Assembly: GCA_046075565.1 (NCBI GenBank)
Contig: JBJTQJ010000006.1
Span: 1-17,791 of the forward strand
Direction: 5' to 3'
From: Verrucomicrobiales bacterium
GTDB lineage: Bacteria > Verrucomicrobiota > Verrucomicrobiia > Verrucomicrobiales > SLCJ01
DNA: 17,791 bases
Each line of letters opens with the position of its first letter. Positions within the stretch are counted from its first letter, which is position 1. Positions 7,012 through 15,607 of the stretch are shown one piece after another. The translations under genes and the position numbers were made by a program. The notes beneath the pieces are model-generated. The model worked only from the letters and a program-made list of their open reading frames with translations, had not been told where the DNA came from and did not search any database.

Positions 7012-10000
7012 CGTGAGGAGAGGAAGAGTTCACTGCCAAAGAGAGCGCGGACCAGCACAATGGTGGCGGCGACTTCGGCGGGAGGAGGTTCACTCGTCTC
7101 ATGCGCTTTGCCGCATGAAAGGAGAAGATTCGCCGCGTCGCCGGGATTTGCATTGTAGTGAGCGCGTGAAGTTTGCAGCAATTCCGTCATGCTACGCGAC
7201 TGCGCTTCGGTCGGCTCGCGGCTGCCGAGCAACAAAAAGGCGCGGCGCACGCGGGATTCATCACCATCCGCCGATGGAAAATCCCCGGCCAACTGCACCG
7301 ACAACGCGCGGGCAGCGTCGAGGAATCCCGGTTCGTTGGCGAGGGCGAGCGATTGCAGCGGCGTCATCGTCTGCGTACGGCGTGCCAGACAAAACTCACG
7401 TGTCGGGGCATCGAAGACCGACAGCATCGGCGGGGGACATGTGCGCCGCCAGAACGTGTAAAGGCTGCGTCGTCGTGCCTTTTCCCCGGTATCAGCGGTA
7501 TAGACGTGCTGGGTGCCGGTGTCTTCCCAAAGTCCCTCGGGTTGCGGCGGTTTCACACTTGGGCCGCCCAGTTGTTCGTGGAGCAAACCGGAGCTGGCGA
7601 GGGCGGCATCGCGCAGGGCTTCGGCAGGCAGCCGCAGGCGGGGTCCACGGGCCAGATATCGATTCGAAGGATCCTTCTCCCGGTAACTTGGGTCGGCAGG
7701 CAGTGACGATCTGGCATAGGCGGCTGAGAGCGCGATCTCACGGCACAAGGCTTTGTTATCCCATCCGCTTTCCACAAAATGGACGGCCAGCCAATCCAGA
7801 AGGTGCGGATGCGATGGCACGGTCCCTTGGGTTCCAAAATCCTCCTGGGTGGCAACAAATCCGGTCCCAAAGAACATTTTCCAGATCCGATTCACCTGCA
7901 CCCTGCTGGTCAGAGGGTTGTCCGGGCTGGCGTACCAATCGGCAAGTGCCTTCCGGTCCGGCCGTTTCCCCTCCGCAAGTTTTCCCAGCACTGCGGGAAT
8001 TGCCGGTTGGACGATCTGACCCGGCGAGCGGAAGTCCCCCCGCTGGAGCATGGGAACCTGCCGCGGCTGGCCTGGCATTTCCCGCATGACCATTATCTCG
8101 CGCAACTCCGCGCTGATCTGGTTTATCTGTTTCCGTGCTTCGGACAAATTGGCGGCGGCAGCGCGAGCCGGCCCGTCGATCTCGCGCGCAAACCAAGGGA
8201 ACCAGTCCTTGGCGTCCGCCGCTGATTGGCCGGCAAGGATGGAAATCTCGCCGGGGCTTAGACAGCAATCGTAAATTCGCAGCTCATCGAGAGTGGTCGA
8301 AAGAAGCGGGCTGTCAAGCGTGCGATCACCAAGTTTGAAGGTAATCGACTGCTCATCCGGCGCGTCGGGGATTTTCGCCTTGCTGAAGTCGCCCCACTCG
8401 TCGCGATAGTTGATGTCGCGATACAAGTTGTTGCGCACGACTTCGGTATCAAGACGTTGGCCATCGAGAAACAGCGAGAAACCGGCGGCATCGCTGGAAC
8501 CATCGTAAGTCATCGCGACATGCCTCCACGATGAAAAATCAATCGGTTGGCGCGCCCGTATACGAATGGCATTTGCAGGATAGAAGTTGGCGAGGGTCGC
8601 GGTCAGCAGACCATCCTCGAAAACGATCTCATAACCCCGGTGGGCGGCATCAAGCCCGCCGCGCGACCGGTGCAGAATGACGCCGCGCTCGACCGGTTTC
8701 CTGCACTGGATCCAGAACGAGAAGCTGAAAGCATCGTCGCGCGAAAAGGCCCCCACACCCGGAAAGCTATGGCGTTTCCGCTTGTCATCGTCGAAGAAAC
8801 AGCCGTTGCCGATTTTGCCAGGCGAATCAAAGCCCCGGTTTTTGGATTCACTGGTGATGCCAGGGTTGATATCATCCATGAAAGCCTTGGTCTCCGGCTC
8901 AACCGTGTCGAAGCTGAAGTAATTCACGGGAGTGCGCAGGGAGTGCGGCACACGGCCTGCTAACAAAGCCATGGCAATCCCTGATTCTCCGGGGTGCCGG
9001 TTTGTCTTGAGCCACTCCGTGTAGCGACCGGTCGCCTTCAACAACTCGCTTTCGTGCTCTGCGGCGGTTTTTTTCACCGCTTCCAGAGCCCGTTCGTGGC
9101 GCGACCTCTGATCGCCTTGGTAGACAAATGCGGAAGGAGCGGGCGTGGCATTGGTGAATCGGGCGAAAATGCCGAACTCATCGATATTCGCAAAAAAGGA
9201 GGCGAACTCGTAGTATTCCTTCATCAACAGCGGATCCGATTTGTGATCGTGGCAACGGGCGCAGTGCATGGTCAAACCCAAAACCGCGGTCGCGTTGGTC
9301 TGCACGCGGTCGAATACCTGGTCCCACCGGTATTCCTCAGGATCCGCGCCGGATTCGTTCGACTGCACGCAAAGGCGGTTGAATGCCGTCGCCACCAACT
9401 GATCCTGCGTGGGTTCAGGCAGAAGATCCCCGGCAGTCTGCCAGCGCAGGAACTCATTGTAAGGAAGATTCTCGTTGAACGAGCGGATGACCCAATCGCG
9501 CCATGGCCACAATTCGGACTCCGCGTCTTCATGGCGGCCATAGGTATCGGCATAGCGTGCCACGTCCAGCCAATCTATTGCCATTTTTTCGCCAAAACGC
9601 GGTGAAGCCAGCAGCCGATCCACCACCTTTGCGCGCGCGGCGGTCGATGTGTCAGCAGCGAAGTCAACCAACTCATCGGGCGTGGGCGGCAAACCCGTGA
9701 GAGCGAAGGTGACCCGACGCAACCATTCTTCCTTCGGAGCCTCAGGTGACGGAGTCAGTCCCTGTTTTTCCCAGCTTTCCCGCAAAAGACCATCGATGGG
9801 CGATTCTCCTTCCCCGAGCGCCGGAAGTTCGGGTTTGGCCGGCGGGTCGAAGGCCCAGTGCTTCTGGTAGGTTGCTCCACCGGCAATCCACTGCTTGAGA
9901 ATTTCCAATTCCCCGGCGGTCACAGGCATGTGCCGCGACGGGGGAGGCATAACCTCGTCCTCGTCTGTCGAGATAATCCGCTCGATAAGGCCGCTGGCGG

Positions 10001-10214
10001 CCGGATCGCCAGGCACGATGGCCCCGGAACCCACGGCCGCTTCACAAACGTCCAATTGCAGATCACCTTTACGCTTTTTCTCATCGGGACCGTGGCAGGC
10101 GAAACATTTGGCCGCTAGAATCGGCTGGACCTCGAAATTGTAGGAGGGGCCGGAGCCGCCCTTCGCCACCAAGGAAAAAAGGGGGAAAAGGACAGCGGCG
10201 GTTAGTTTTCGCAT
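7008..10214 (-). CDS. PSD1 and planctomycete cytochrome c domain protein (PSCyt1 + DUF1549 + LamG-like + DUF1553), about 1068 aa
   Basis: Signal peptide MRKLTAAVLFPLFSLVAKG. Haem motifs CFACH (10092-10106) and CARCH (9249-9263). DUF1549 motifs WLRRVTFALTGLPPT and WLDVARYADT. LamG-like FSFSFW...WRHVAMTYDGS...LDELRIYD. DUF1553 motifs NPLTSRVQVNRIW, PSHPHLLDWLA and RRSLY. 4-nt ATGA overlap with the DUF1501 gene. Confidence 0.92.
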   Translation of the reverse strand: MRKLTAAVLFPLFSLVAKGGSGPSYNFEVQPILAAKCFACHGPDEKKRKGDLQLDVCEAAVGSGAIVPGDPAASGLIERIISTDEDEVMPPPSRHMPVTAGELEILKQWIAGGATYQKHWAFDPPAKPELPALGEGESPIDGLLRESWEKQGLTPSPEAPKEEWLRRVTFALTGLPPTPDELVDFAADTSTAARAKVVDRLLASPRFGEKMAIDWLDVARYADTYGRHEDAESELWPWRDWVIRSFNENLPYNEFLRWQTAGDLLPEPTQDQLVATAFNRLCVQSNESGADPEEYRWDQVFDRVQTNATAVLGLTMHCARCHDHKSDPLLMKEYYEFASFFANIDEFGIFARFTNATPAPSAFVYQGDQRSRHERALEAVKKTAAEHESELLKATGRYTEWLKTNRHPGESGIAMALLAGRVPHSLRTPVNYFSFDTVEPETKAFMDDINPGITSESKNRGFDSPGKIGNGCFFDDDKRKRHSFPGVGAFSRDDAFSFSFWIQCRKPVERGVILHRSRGGLDAAHRGYEIVFEDGLLTATLANFYPANAIRIRARQPIDFSSWRHVAMTYDGSSDAAGFSLFLDGQRLDTEVVRNNLYRDINYRDEWGDFSKAKIPDAPDEQSITFKLGDRTLDSPLLSTTLDELRIYDCCLSPGEISILAGQSAADAKDWFPWFAREIDGPARAAAANLSEARKQINQISAELREIMVMREMPGQPRQVPMLQRGDFRSPGQIVQPAIPAVLGKLAEGKRPDRKALADWYASPDNPLTSRVQVNRIWKMFFGTGFVATQEDFGTQGTVPSHPHLLDWLAVHFVESGWDNKALCREIALSAAYARSSLPADPSYREKDPSNRYLARGPRLRLPAEALRDAALASSGLLHEQLGGPSVKPPQPEGLWEDTGTQHVYTADTGEKARRRSLYTFWRRTCPPPMLSVFDAPTREFCLARRTQTMTPLQSLALANEPGFLDAARALSVQLAGDFPSADGDESRVRRAFLLLGSREPTEAQSRSMTELLQTSRAHYNANPGDAANLLLSCGKAHETSEPPPAEVAATIVLVRALFGSELFLSSR

Positions 10215-10434
10215 AGAAACTAAATTCAAGAGGTCATTGTTCCCGGAGAATGGGGCTGAATGAACATTCCGGAACAAGCTCCGTCAACTGCAAAACTTCC
10301 TTGATCTAAAAATCATATAGCCCGGATACTTCCTTTTATCCAAGCCGGAATTCATATATGTTTTCTAATAGAAACAGAAAACAAATGCCAATTGACGGCC
10401 CACGATTCGGAGGAATCGTTACTGCGGTCTTACG
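10215..10434. promoter_or_regulatory. AT-rich divergent intergenic region, likely holding promoters for both operons
   Basis: Visibly AT-rich against a GC-rich background (e.g. TTCATATATGTTTTCTAATAGAAACAGAAAACAAA). Lies between two divergent start codons. Contains TTGACG at 10392-10397 and a 7-bp palindrome at 10402-10419. Confidence 0.55.
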
Positions 10435-12318
10435 ATGCCTGACGAATCAACCGACCCGCCAAACCCCGATGCCCCGCCTCGCTCCGCGCGCGAGCGCCTT
10501 TTTGGGTGGCTGCGAATGGTGCTCCTTTGGTCGCCGGCTCTGGTCACGGCATTCCTCGTGAAAACACACGCGGTGAATTCCATGTTGTGGGACGACTGGT
10601 GGCTGGCGGAGGATTGGTTGAAGTATCTCAAAGGGGAATTCCGGTGGACGGAGCTTTTCGCCGTGCAGATGGAACACCGGTTGGCGGTTCCCCGCGCCAT
10701 CAGCCTGGGGCTCAATACCCTTTTCGAGGGTGATATCCGGGCGCAAAATGCGGTGAGTTTGCTCGCGCTGGTGGCCATCGCGGCCATGATGCTCCGGCTC
10801 GTGCAGAAGAGTTTCGGTCCGTTGCGCGGCGGCACGTGGTGGCTGGCTTTCGCCATGATGGCGGCTTTGTTTTCACCAGTGCAATGGCAACCGCTGCTGT
10901 GGCCGATCATTTTTACCGTCTATCTGGCCATGGCCTTGGTCGTCGGTGCGGTGCTCGTTTGGTTCAGGTCCGGTCGCAAGGTCTGGCCCATCTTCGCCAT
11001 TTCCCTATGTCTGGCGGTTCTCGCCACCCTCACCTTCGCCAGTGGCATGCTGGCCTGGCCACTGGTCGTGCTCGCCATCGTATTCGGCCCCCACCCCGGG
11101 GAAACAAGGCAAAAAGCGAAGTGCGCGGGATTATGGGTCGCGGCGGCTGCCATCTGCCTGTCCCTTTATTTCCACGACTTCAGCAGCGATGTCCACCCGC
11201 AGTATGCCTACGGGCAGGCCGAGGAAAACACCGTGGATCGTAGCGCCGGATTCCTGCTCAAACATCCCGAGCGTGTCTTCGGATTCGTGAGCGCCGCCGT
11301 CGGTGGCAACCTCGCCCGCGGTTGGCCGGAGGAGAATCTGTATATGGCGAAAATTTTCGGTTCTCTGATGCTCTTGATCTTCCTCCTCGTATTTGTCGGG
11401 GCGGTGCGGCGGCGGTTTGGCGGCGACATCGATGGATTCCGGACCCGTTTGCCCTGGTTGCTTGTCGCCGCAACGAGTGTGGGCACGGCGGCCATGCTGG
11501 CCTTGGGCAGGATGTGGATCGGCGATGGCCCGCAAGCGGTAACCGCGCGTTATACCATGCATGGCATCCTGCTGGCAGGAAGTTTACCCGCGTTGGTCGC
11601 CTTCCTCATGCCCGCCCGCAAGGACCATTGGCTCTCCATGGCCAAAGGCCCGCTTTTTGGAATTTTTCTTTCCATCCTCGCCCTGCAATGGATGTATGGT
11701 CGCCGGATGATGGAAATATGGTCCAACTCCCGCTGGTCGGATGCCGGGATGATCCAGTTCGCCGGCCTGCTGGCGGACCCGAGTCATTTCAGCTACATCG
11801 CGGGTGACGGGGAATTCGGCGTGCGCGTGGCCAAGGAAATCAATGCCCTCAAGCATCTCAGCCCGCCCTTGCTCGAAAACCGCCTGCTGAAGAACCTGAA
11901 AACAAACAAACACTCCGTCAATGACAGGAATTCCGCTTTCCTTTCATTTGTTCTTACCCCGGAGAAGGGAGCGATCGCGGAGGGATACTCCAAGATAGGA
12001 GACGAGCGTCCGGCAGACCTCGTGCTCTTCACCCAGGATGGGCCGGAGGGCGAGGAAATCCGCGGACTCCGAACACCACTCTTTATCGTGTCATCGGCCT
12101 CGGCCATCGCACACCGGGACTTCGAGTTCACCCGCAATTACAAACCGGAAGAGAAGGAAAAATTCAATTGGGGCGGGCCGGTCACCATCCTCGCGCCTTT
12201 CGACCCCGCTCTGCCCGTGCGCGCCTATGCCTATGATGCCAAACGACGCCGGGCATTTTCGATTCCCGACCAGCGTCCGGAAAGGCGGCCGGATTCCACC
12301 CTTCGCTCGCCCAATTGA
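10435..12318 (+). CDS. Multi-pass membrane protein, probable GT-C-like glycosyltransferase with a C-terminal soluble domain, 627 aa
   Basis: Acidic motif LWDDW after the first TM helix, then QMEHRLAVPR, LFSPVQWQ, TFASGMLAWP and late GR...TARY. About a dozen hydrophobic segments, then a hydrophilic tail. First gene of a glycosylation operon. Confidence 0.65.
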   Translation: MPDESTDPPNPDAPPRSARERLFGWLRMVLLWSPALVTAFLVKTHAVNSMLWDDWWLAEDWLKYLKGEFRWTELFAVQMEHRLAVPRAISLGLNTLFEGDIRAQNAVSLLALVAIAAMMLRLVQKSFGPLRGGTWWLAFAMMAALFSPVQWQPLLWPIIFTVYLAMALVVGAVLVWFRSGRKVWPIFAISLCLAVLATLTFASGMLAWPLVVLAIVFGPHPGETRQKAKCAGLWVAAAAICLSLYFHDFSSDVHPQYAYGQAEENTVDRSAGFLLKHPERVFGFVSAAVGGNLARGWPEENLYMAKIFGSLMLLIFLLVFVGAVRRRFGGDIDGFRTRLPWLLVAATSVGTAAMLALGRMWIGDGPQAVTARYTMHGILLAGSLPALVAFLMPARKDHWLSMAKGPLFGIFLSILALQWMYGRRMMEIWSNSRWSDAGMIQFAGLLADPSHFSYIAGDGEFGVRVAKEINALKHLSPPLLENRLLKNLKTNKHSVNDRNSAFLSFVLTPEKGAIAEGYSKIGDERPADLVLFTQDGPEGEEIRGLRTPLFIVSSASAIAHRDFEFTRNYKPEEKEKFNWGGPVTILAPFDPALPVRAYAYDAKRRRAFSIPDQRPERRPDSTLRSPN

Positions 12319-12342
12319 GCCCCATTTTCCCGCACGATTTCC

Positions 12343-14235
12343 ATGCCTTCCTCCGACCAACCCGCTCCTTCACGCCGATGGCTGGTCGTCACGATCGTGT
12401 ATCTTCTCGTCGCCCTCGCCGCCTTCCAGGTTTTCCGCGAGATCCAGCGGCCATGGGAAGGTCCGGTGGGCCGCACCATTTACGGGGAAGAATCCAAACG
12501 CGATGAGGCGGGAGAAAAATGGCGCGGTGCCTTCCAGGTCATGGCCACCAAAGGGGAATCCGCTTTCAGGGAACTGGATACCAACGCATGGCGGGTGGTT
12601 GGATTGTGGACCGGTGGCATCGTCTTCGTGGGTGGCATGTTTTTGTTAGGAATCTCCTCCCCGCTCTGGCAAAGGTGGTCACGGCTGAAATCCCCGAGCG
12701 CCCGGCCCGAACCGGTGTCGCCCGATCGCCGCGCCTGGCTCTGGTTGGCCTTGGCCCTCGTGGTCGCGGGTGCCATCCGCACTCCCTACCTCAGCCGCGG
12801 ACTCCTCTGGGATGAGCAGGACAATCTGCGCCGCAATTACCACGGGACCATCCGCTGGAACGAACCCGATGCCACGCCGATCTGGCAACCGGCCGGAGCC
12901 GCCGATGCCTTCTGGGAAAACCGGCGCGGCAACAATCCCCACTTGCACAGCCTGCTGGCCTGGACGTCGAACAAGATCTGGGCAAGCCTGACGGGAGCCG
13001 CCCCCGAGCGCTACAACATCGTCGCCATCCGCTTGCCTGCTTACCTCGCCGGACTGGCGGGTATAGCCGCGCTCTGGTGGTGCCTGCGTGTCGTCGGCCT
13101 CGCGGGTATCGCGGGGCCGGCCGCCCTCTTTGCGGCGGTGCATCCCTTGTGGTCGCAGTATGGCATCGAGTCGCGTGGTTATGGACTCACCCTGCTTTTT
13201 GCTCCCATCATCTTGGCTGCCGCATGGCGCTTCGTGCAAAACGCGTCCTGGCGGGATGCCAGCCTGCTCTGCGGCGCCAGCCTCCTCATGCTCGCCGCCT
13301 ATCCAGGTGCGCTCTATTTTGTTATCATTTTACAGGCAACCACATTTCTCCTCGTCCTCCTGCGCAAAGACGGGCCAGGCCGCCTGCCTTCCGCCGTCCG
13401 CTGGACGATTGCCAATGCCACCGGGGGATTCTTGTTCATCTGGCTCATGGCACCCATTCTCCCGCAGACGGCCGCCGTCATGGAAAATGGATTCCAACGC
13501 GGCAGCATGCCGACTTATTGGTTTGTCATGGCCCACCATCTCTATGCCACCGGGATGCAAGTCCATTTTGCCCCCTTGGTCTTCTTCAACGAATCTCCCG
13601 ATGCTCCGACGGCTCTCGCTTGGATCACCGGTGATTACTGGCGCATGTGGCCGCTGGCGGCTTGGAGTCTGATCCTCTTCCCGGCGCTGGTGATCGGCGG
13701 GCTCTGGCGATGGTGGAACTCCGGCCACCGGCACTTCTGTATCCTGGTCCTGGCATCATTCGCATCCGGTCTGGCTTGTGCAGGGCACCACGCGCTGGTC
13801 ACGGGTTGCTTCATCTACCCGTGGTATATGATTTTCATGCTTCCGAGCTTGCTCGCGGCCTGCGCCGCCGGCGTCGGAGTCGCCATGGACCTTTGGAAAC
13901 GCGGCGAGAAAGCGCGCCCGCTCGCTCACATCGCCGTAGCGGCATTCTGGGCCGTCATTTCCCTTCCTTTCTTTGCCGGTGGATTGTGGAAGTCACAATT
14001 TGCCGAGAGTTTCCCCCGCCCAGGGGTTTCTCCGTGGCCGAAAGCAGATGACGGAACCATTTCGCGCCTCGATTTCCCCCGGGGCTCCACTTCCCTTTGG
14101 GTGAACTATCACGACGGCTTCCAGGTGCATGTGGCCAATTACACTGGCAAGGAGAAAGAATGGGAGCCACGTTTGGTCCGCCGGGTCGATCAGGAAGGGA
14201 ACTTCAGCCCGAAGCCGGAAAAGGAGCAGCCATGA
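12343..14235 (+). CDS. GT-C fold integral membrane glycosyltransferase (GT39/GT83-like), 630 aa
   Basis: Motifs LLWDE, NNPHLHSLLA, IRLPAYLAG and HPLWSQYGIESRGYG. Many TM segments. Clear homologue of 3254-5095. Confidence 0.8.
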   Translation: MPSSDQPAPSRRWLVVTIVYLLVALAAFQVFREIQRPWEGPVGRTIYGEESKRDEAGEKWRGAFQVMATKGESAFRELDTNAWRVVGLWTGGIVFVGGMFLLGISSPLWQRWSRLKSPSARPEPVSPDRRAWLWLALALVVAGAIRTPYLSRGLLWDEQDNLRRNYHGTIRWNEPDATPIWQPAGAADAFWENRRGNNPHLHSLLAWTSNKIWASLTGAAPERYNIVAIRLPAYLAGLAGIAALWWCLRVVGLAGIAGPAALFAAVHPLWSQYGIESRGYGLTLLFAPIILAAAWRFVQNASWRDASLLCGASLLMLAAYPGALYFVIILQATTFLLVLLRKDGPGRLPSAVRWTIANATGGFLFIWLMAPILPQTAAVMENGFQRGSMPTYWFVMAHHLYATGMQVHFAPLVFFNESPDAPTALAWITGDYWRMWPLAAWSLILFPALVIGGLWRWWNSGHRHFCILVLASFASGLACAGHHALVTGCFIYPWYMIFMLPSLLAACAAGVGVAMDLWKRGEKARPLAHIAVAAFWAVISLPFFAGGLWKSQFAESFPRPGVSPWPKADDGTISRLDFPRGSTSLWVNYHDGFQVHVANYTGKEKEWEPRLVRRVDQEGNFSPKPEKEQP

Positions 14236-14978
14236 GCATTGATGTCAGCATCATCCTCCCTTGTTACAATGACGCCGGTCACCTCGCGGCCAGCGTGGGG
14301 GAAATCCTTGCCATCCTTCGCGAGATGAGATGGACTTACGAGATCATCCTCATCGACGACAAGAGTCCCGGCGGCGATCGCGAGGAAATCGAAAAAATCA
14401 TCGCGGCCAATCCAAACGAACGGATCGTCAAGATTCTCCACGATACAAACACCGGGCGCGGGGGCGCGGTGAATGATGGATTGCGTATGGCCAAGGGCGA
14501 AATCGCCGGCTTCCTCGATGTCGATCTCGAGGTGGCGGCCCATTATATTCCCAATATGGTCCGGGCCATCCATGGCGGCGCGGATGTGGCCATCGGTTGG
14601 AGGATCTACAAGTTCCGCTGGCGGGTCATCCACCGCATTTTTCTCAGCCGGGGTTACATCTGGCTGGTCAACCGCTGGCTCGGCTGCGAATTCGCCGACA
14701 CGGAATCCGGATACAAATTCTTCCGCCGGGAGAAAATCCTTTCGGTGATCGATCGAATCACCGACAACCGCTGGTTCTGGGATACCGAGGTGGTGGTCCG
14801 GGCGGAACGCGCAGGCCTTCGCCTCGAATTTCTCCCCGTGCTTTTCTTGCGGCGGCCGACCAAACCGTCCACAGTGCGTATCCTCAAGGACACGCTCGAC
14901 TACCTGCGCAACCTCTGGAACTTCCGCCGCTCCCTGCGCCGTGAGGACAACATGCTTCCCCCACCCCTCAACCGCTGA
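14232..14978 (+). CDS. GT2 family glycosyltransferase, polyprenol-phosphate (DPM1/GtrB/ArnC-like), 248 aa
   Basis: Motifs VSIILPCYND, EIILIDDKS, NTGRGGAV, FLDVDL (DxD), DTESGYKFF and WFWDTE. AAGGAG RBS at 14221-14226. ATGA overlap with the upstream GT-C stop. Confidence 0.9.
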   Translation: MSIDVSIILPCYNDAGHLAASVGEILAILREMRWTYEIILIDDKSPGGDREEIEKIIAANPNERIVKILHDTNTGRGGAVNDGLRMAKGEIAGFLDVDLEVAAHYIPNMVRAIHGGADVAIGWRIYKFRWRVIHRIFLSRGYIWLVNRWLGCEFADTESGYKFFRREKILSVIDRITDNRWFWDTEVVVRAERAGLRLEFLPVLFLRRPTKPSTVRILKDTLDYLRNLWNFRRSLRREDNMLPPPLNR

Positions 14979-14980
14979 CC

Positions 14981-15607
14981 ATGGACGACACCCCCTTCAT
15001 TTACCGCAGCCCGCGGCTCTACCAGTTTGTCATGCGGCTCCTGCATGTCGGCCATTTCGAGGCCCGTTACACCGATCTGGCGGCGCTCGTTCCCGCGGGA
15101 GCCTCCATCGTCGAGGTCTGCGCGGGCGACGCGCGGCTCTACACCCGCTACCTGCGCGATAGCAACCCGGCTTACATCGGCCTCGATAATTCGCCGCAGT
15201 TCGTCGAAGCGGGCCGGAAGCAGGGGCTCGAGTTCCGTATGTTCGATGGCAAAAAAGACGCGATCCCGACCGCCGACATCGTCATCATCCAGGCCAGCCT
15301 GCACATTTTCATCCGCGAAATGGATGCCTTCCTTGATCGCTTGAAGGCGGCGGCGCGGGAGAAAGTCATCATCGCCGAACCGGTGCGCAACATGTCGTCC
15401 TCGTCGAATCCGGTCGTGGCAAAGCTGGCCCGCTGGCTCACCCGCCCGCGGGGAGGTGATGATTACACGGGATTCCGTTTCGACGAGCACAGCTTGCGCT
15501 CGTTGCTGGAGAAAAACCACGGATTGGAACACTTCGCCCTCTGCGCGGGCGGGCGCGAGGCCATCGCCGTGCTCAAGGGAACCGGTGGCCCGGAGGTCAG
15601 GCCATGA
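14981..15607 (+). CDS. Class I SAM-dependent methyltransferase, 208 aa
   Basis: Motif I IVEVCAGDA, then YIGLDNS, ADIVIIQASLH and VIIAEP. Starts 2 nt after the GT2 stop and overlaps wecE by ATGA. Confidence 0.8.
   Translation: MDDTPFIYRSPRLYQFVMRLLHVGHFEARYTDLAALVPAGASIVEVCAGDARLYTRYLRDSNPAYIGLDNSPQFVEAGRKQGLEFRMFDGKKDAIPTADIVIIQASLHIFIREMDAFLDRLKAAAREKVIIAEPVRNMSSSSNPVVAKLARWLTRPRGGDDYTGFRFDEHSLRSLLEKNHGLEHFALCAGGREAIAVLKGTGGPEVRP

Noticed and set aside
5617-9605. Long plus-strand ORFs such as 6265-7158, 6971-8089 and 8994-9605
   Set aside because: Antisense to the well-supported DUF1501 and cytochrome genes, with no recognisable motifs.
10392-10425. Complete sigma70 promoter at TTGACG
   Set aside because: No convincing -10 hexamer at 16-18 nt spacing, so it is reported only as part of the regulatory region.
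14097-14231. Upstream extension of the GT2 ORF
   Set aside because: It overlaps the GT-C coding region. The RBS and ATGA coupling support ATG 14232.
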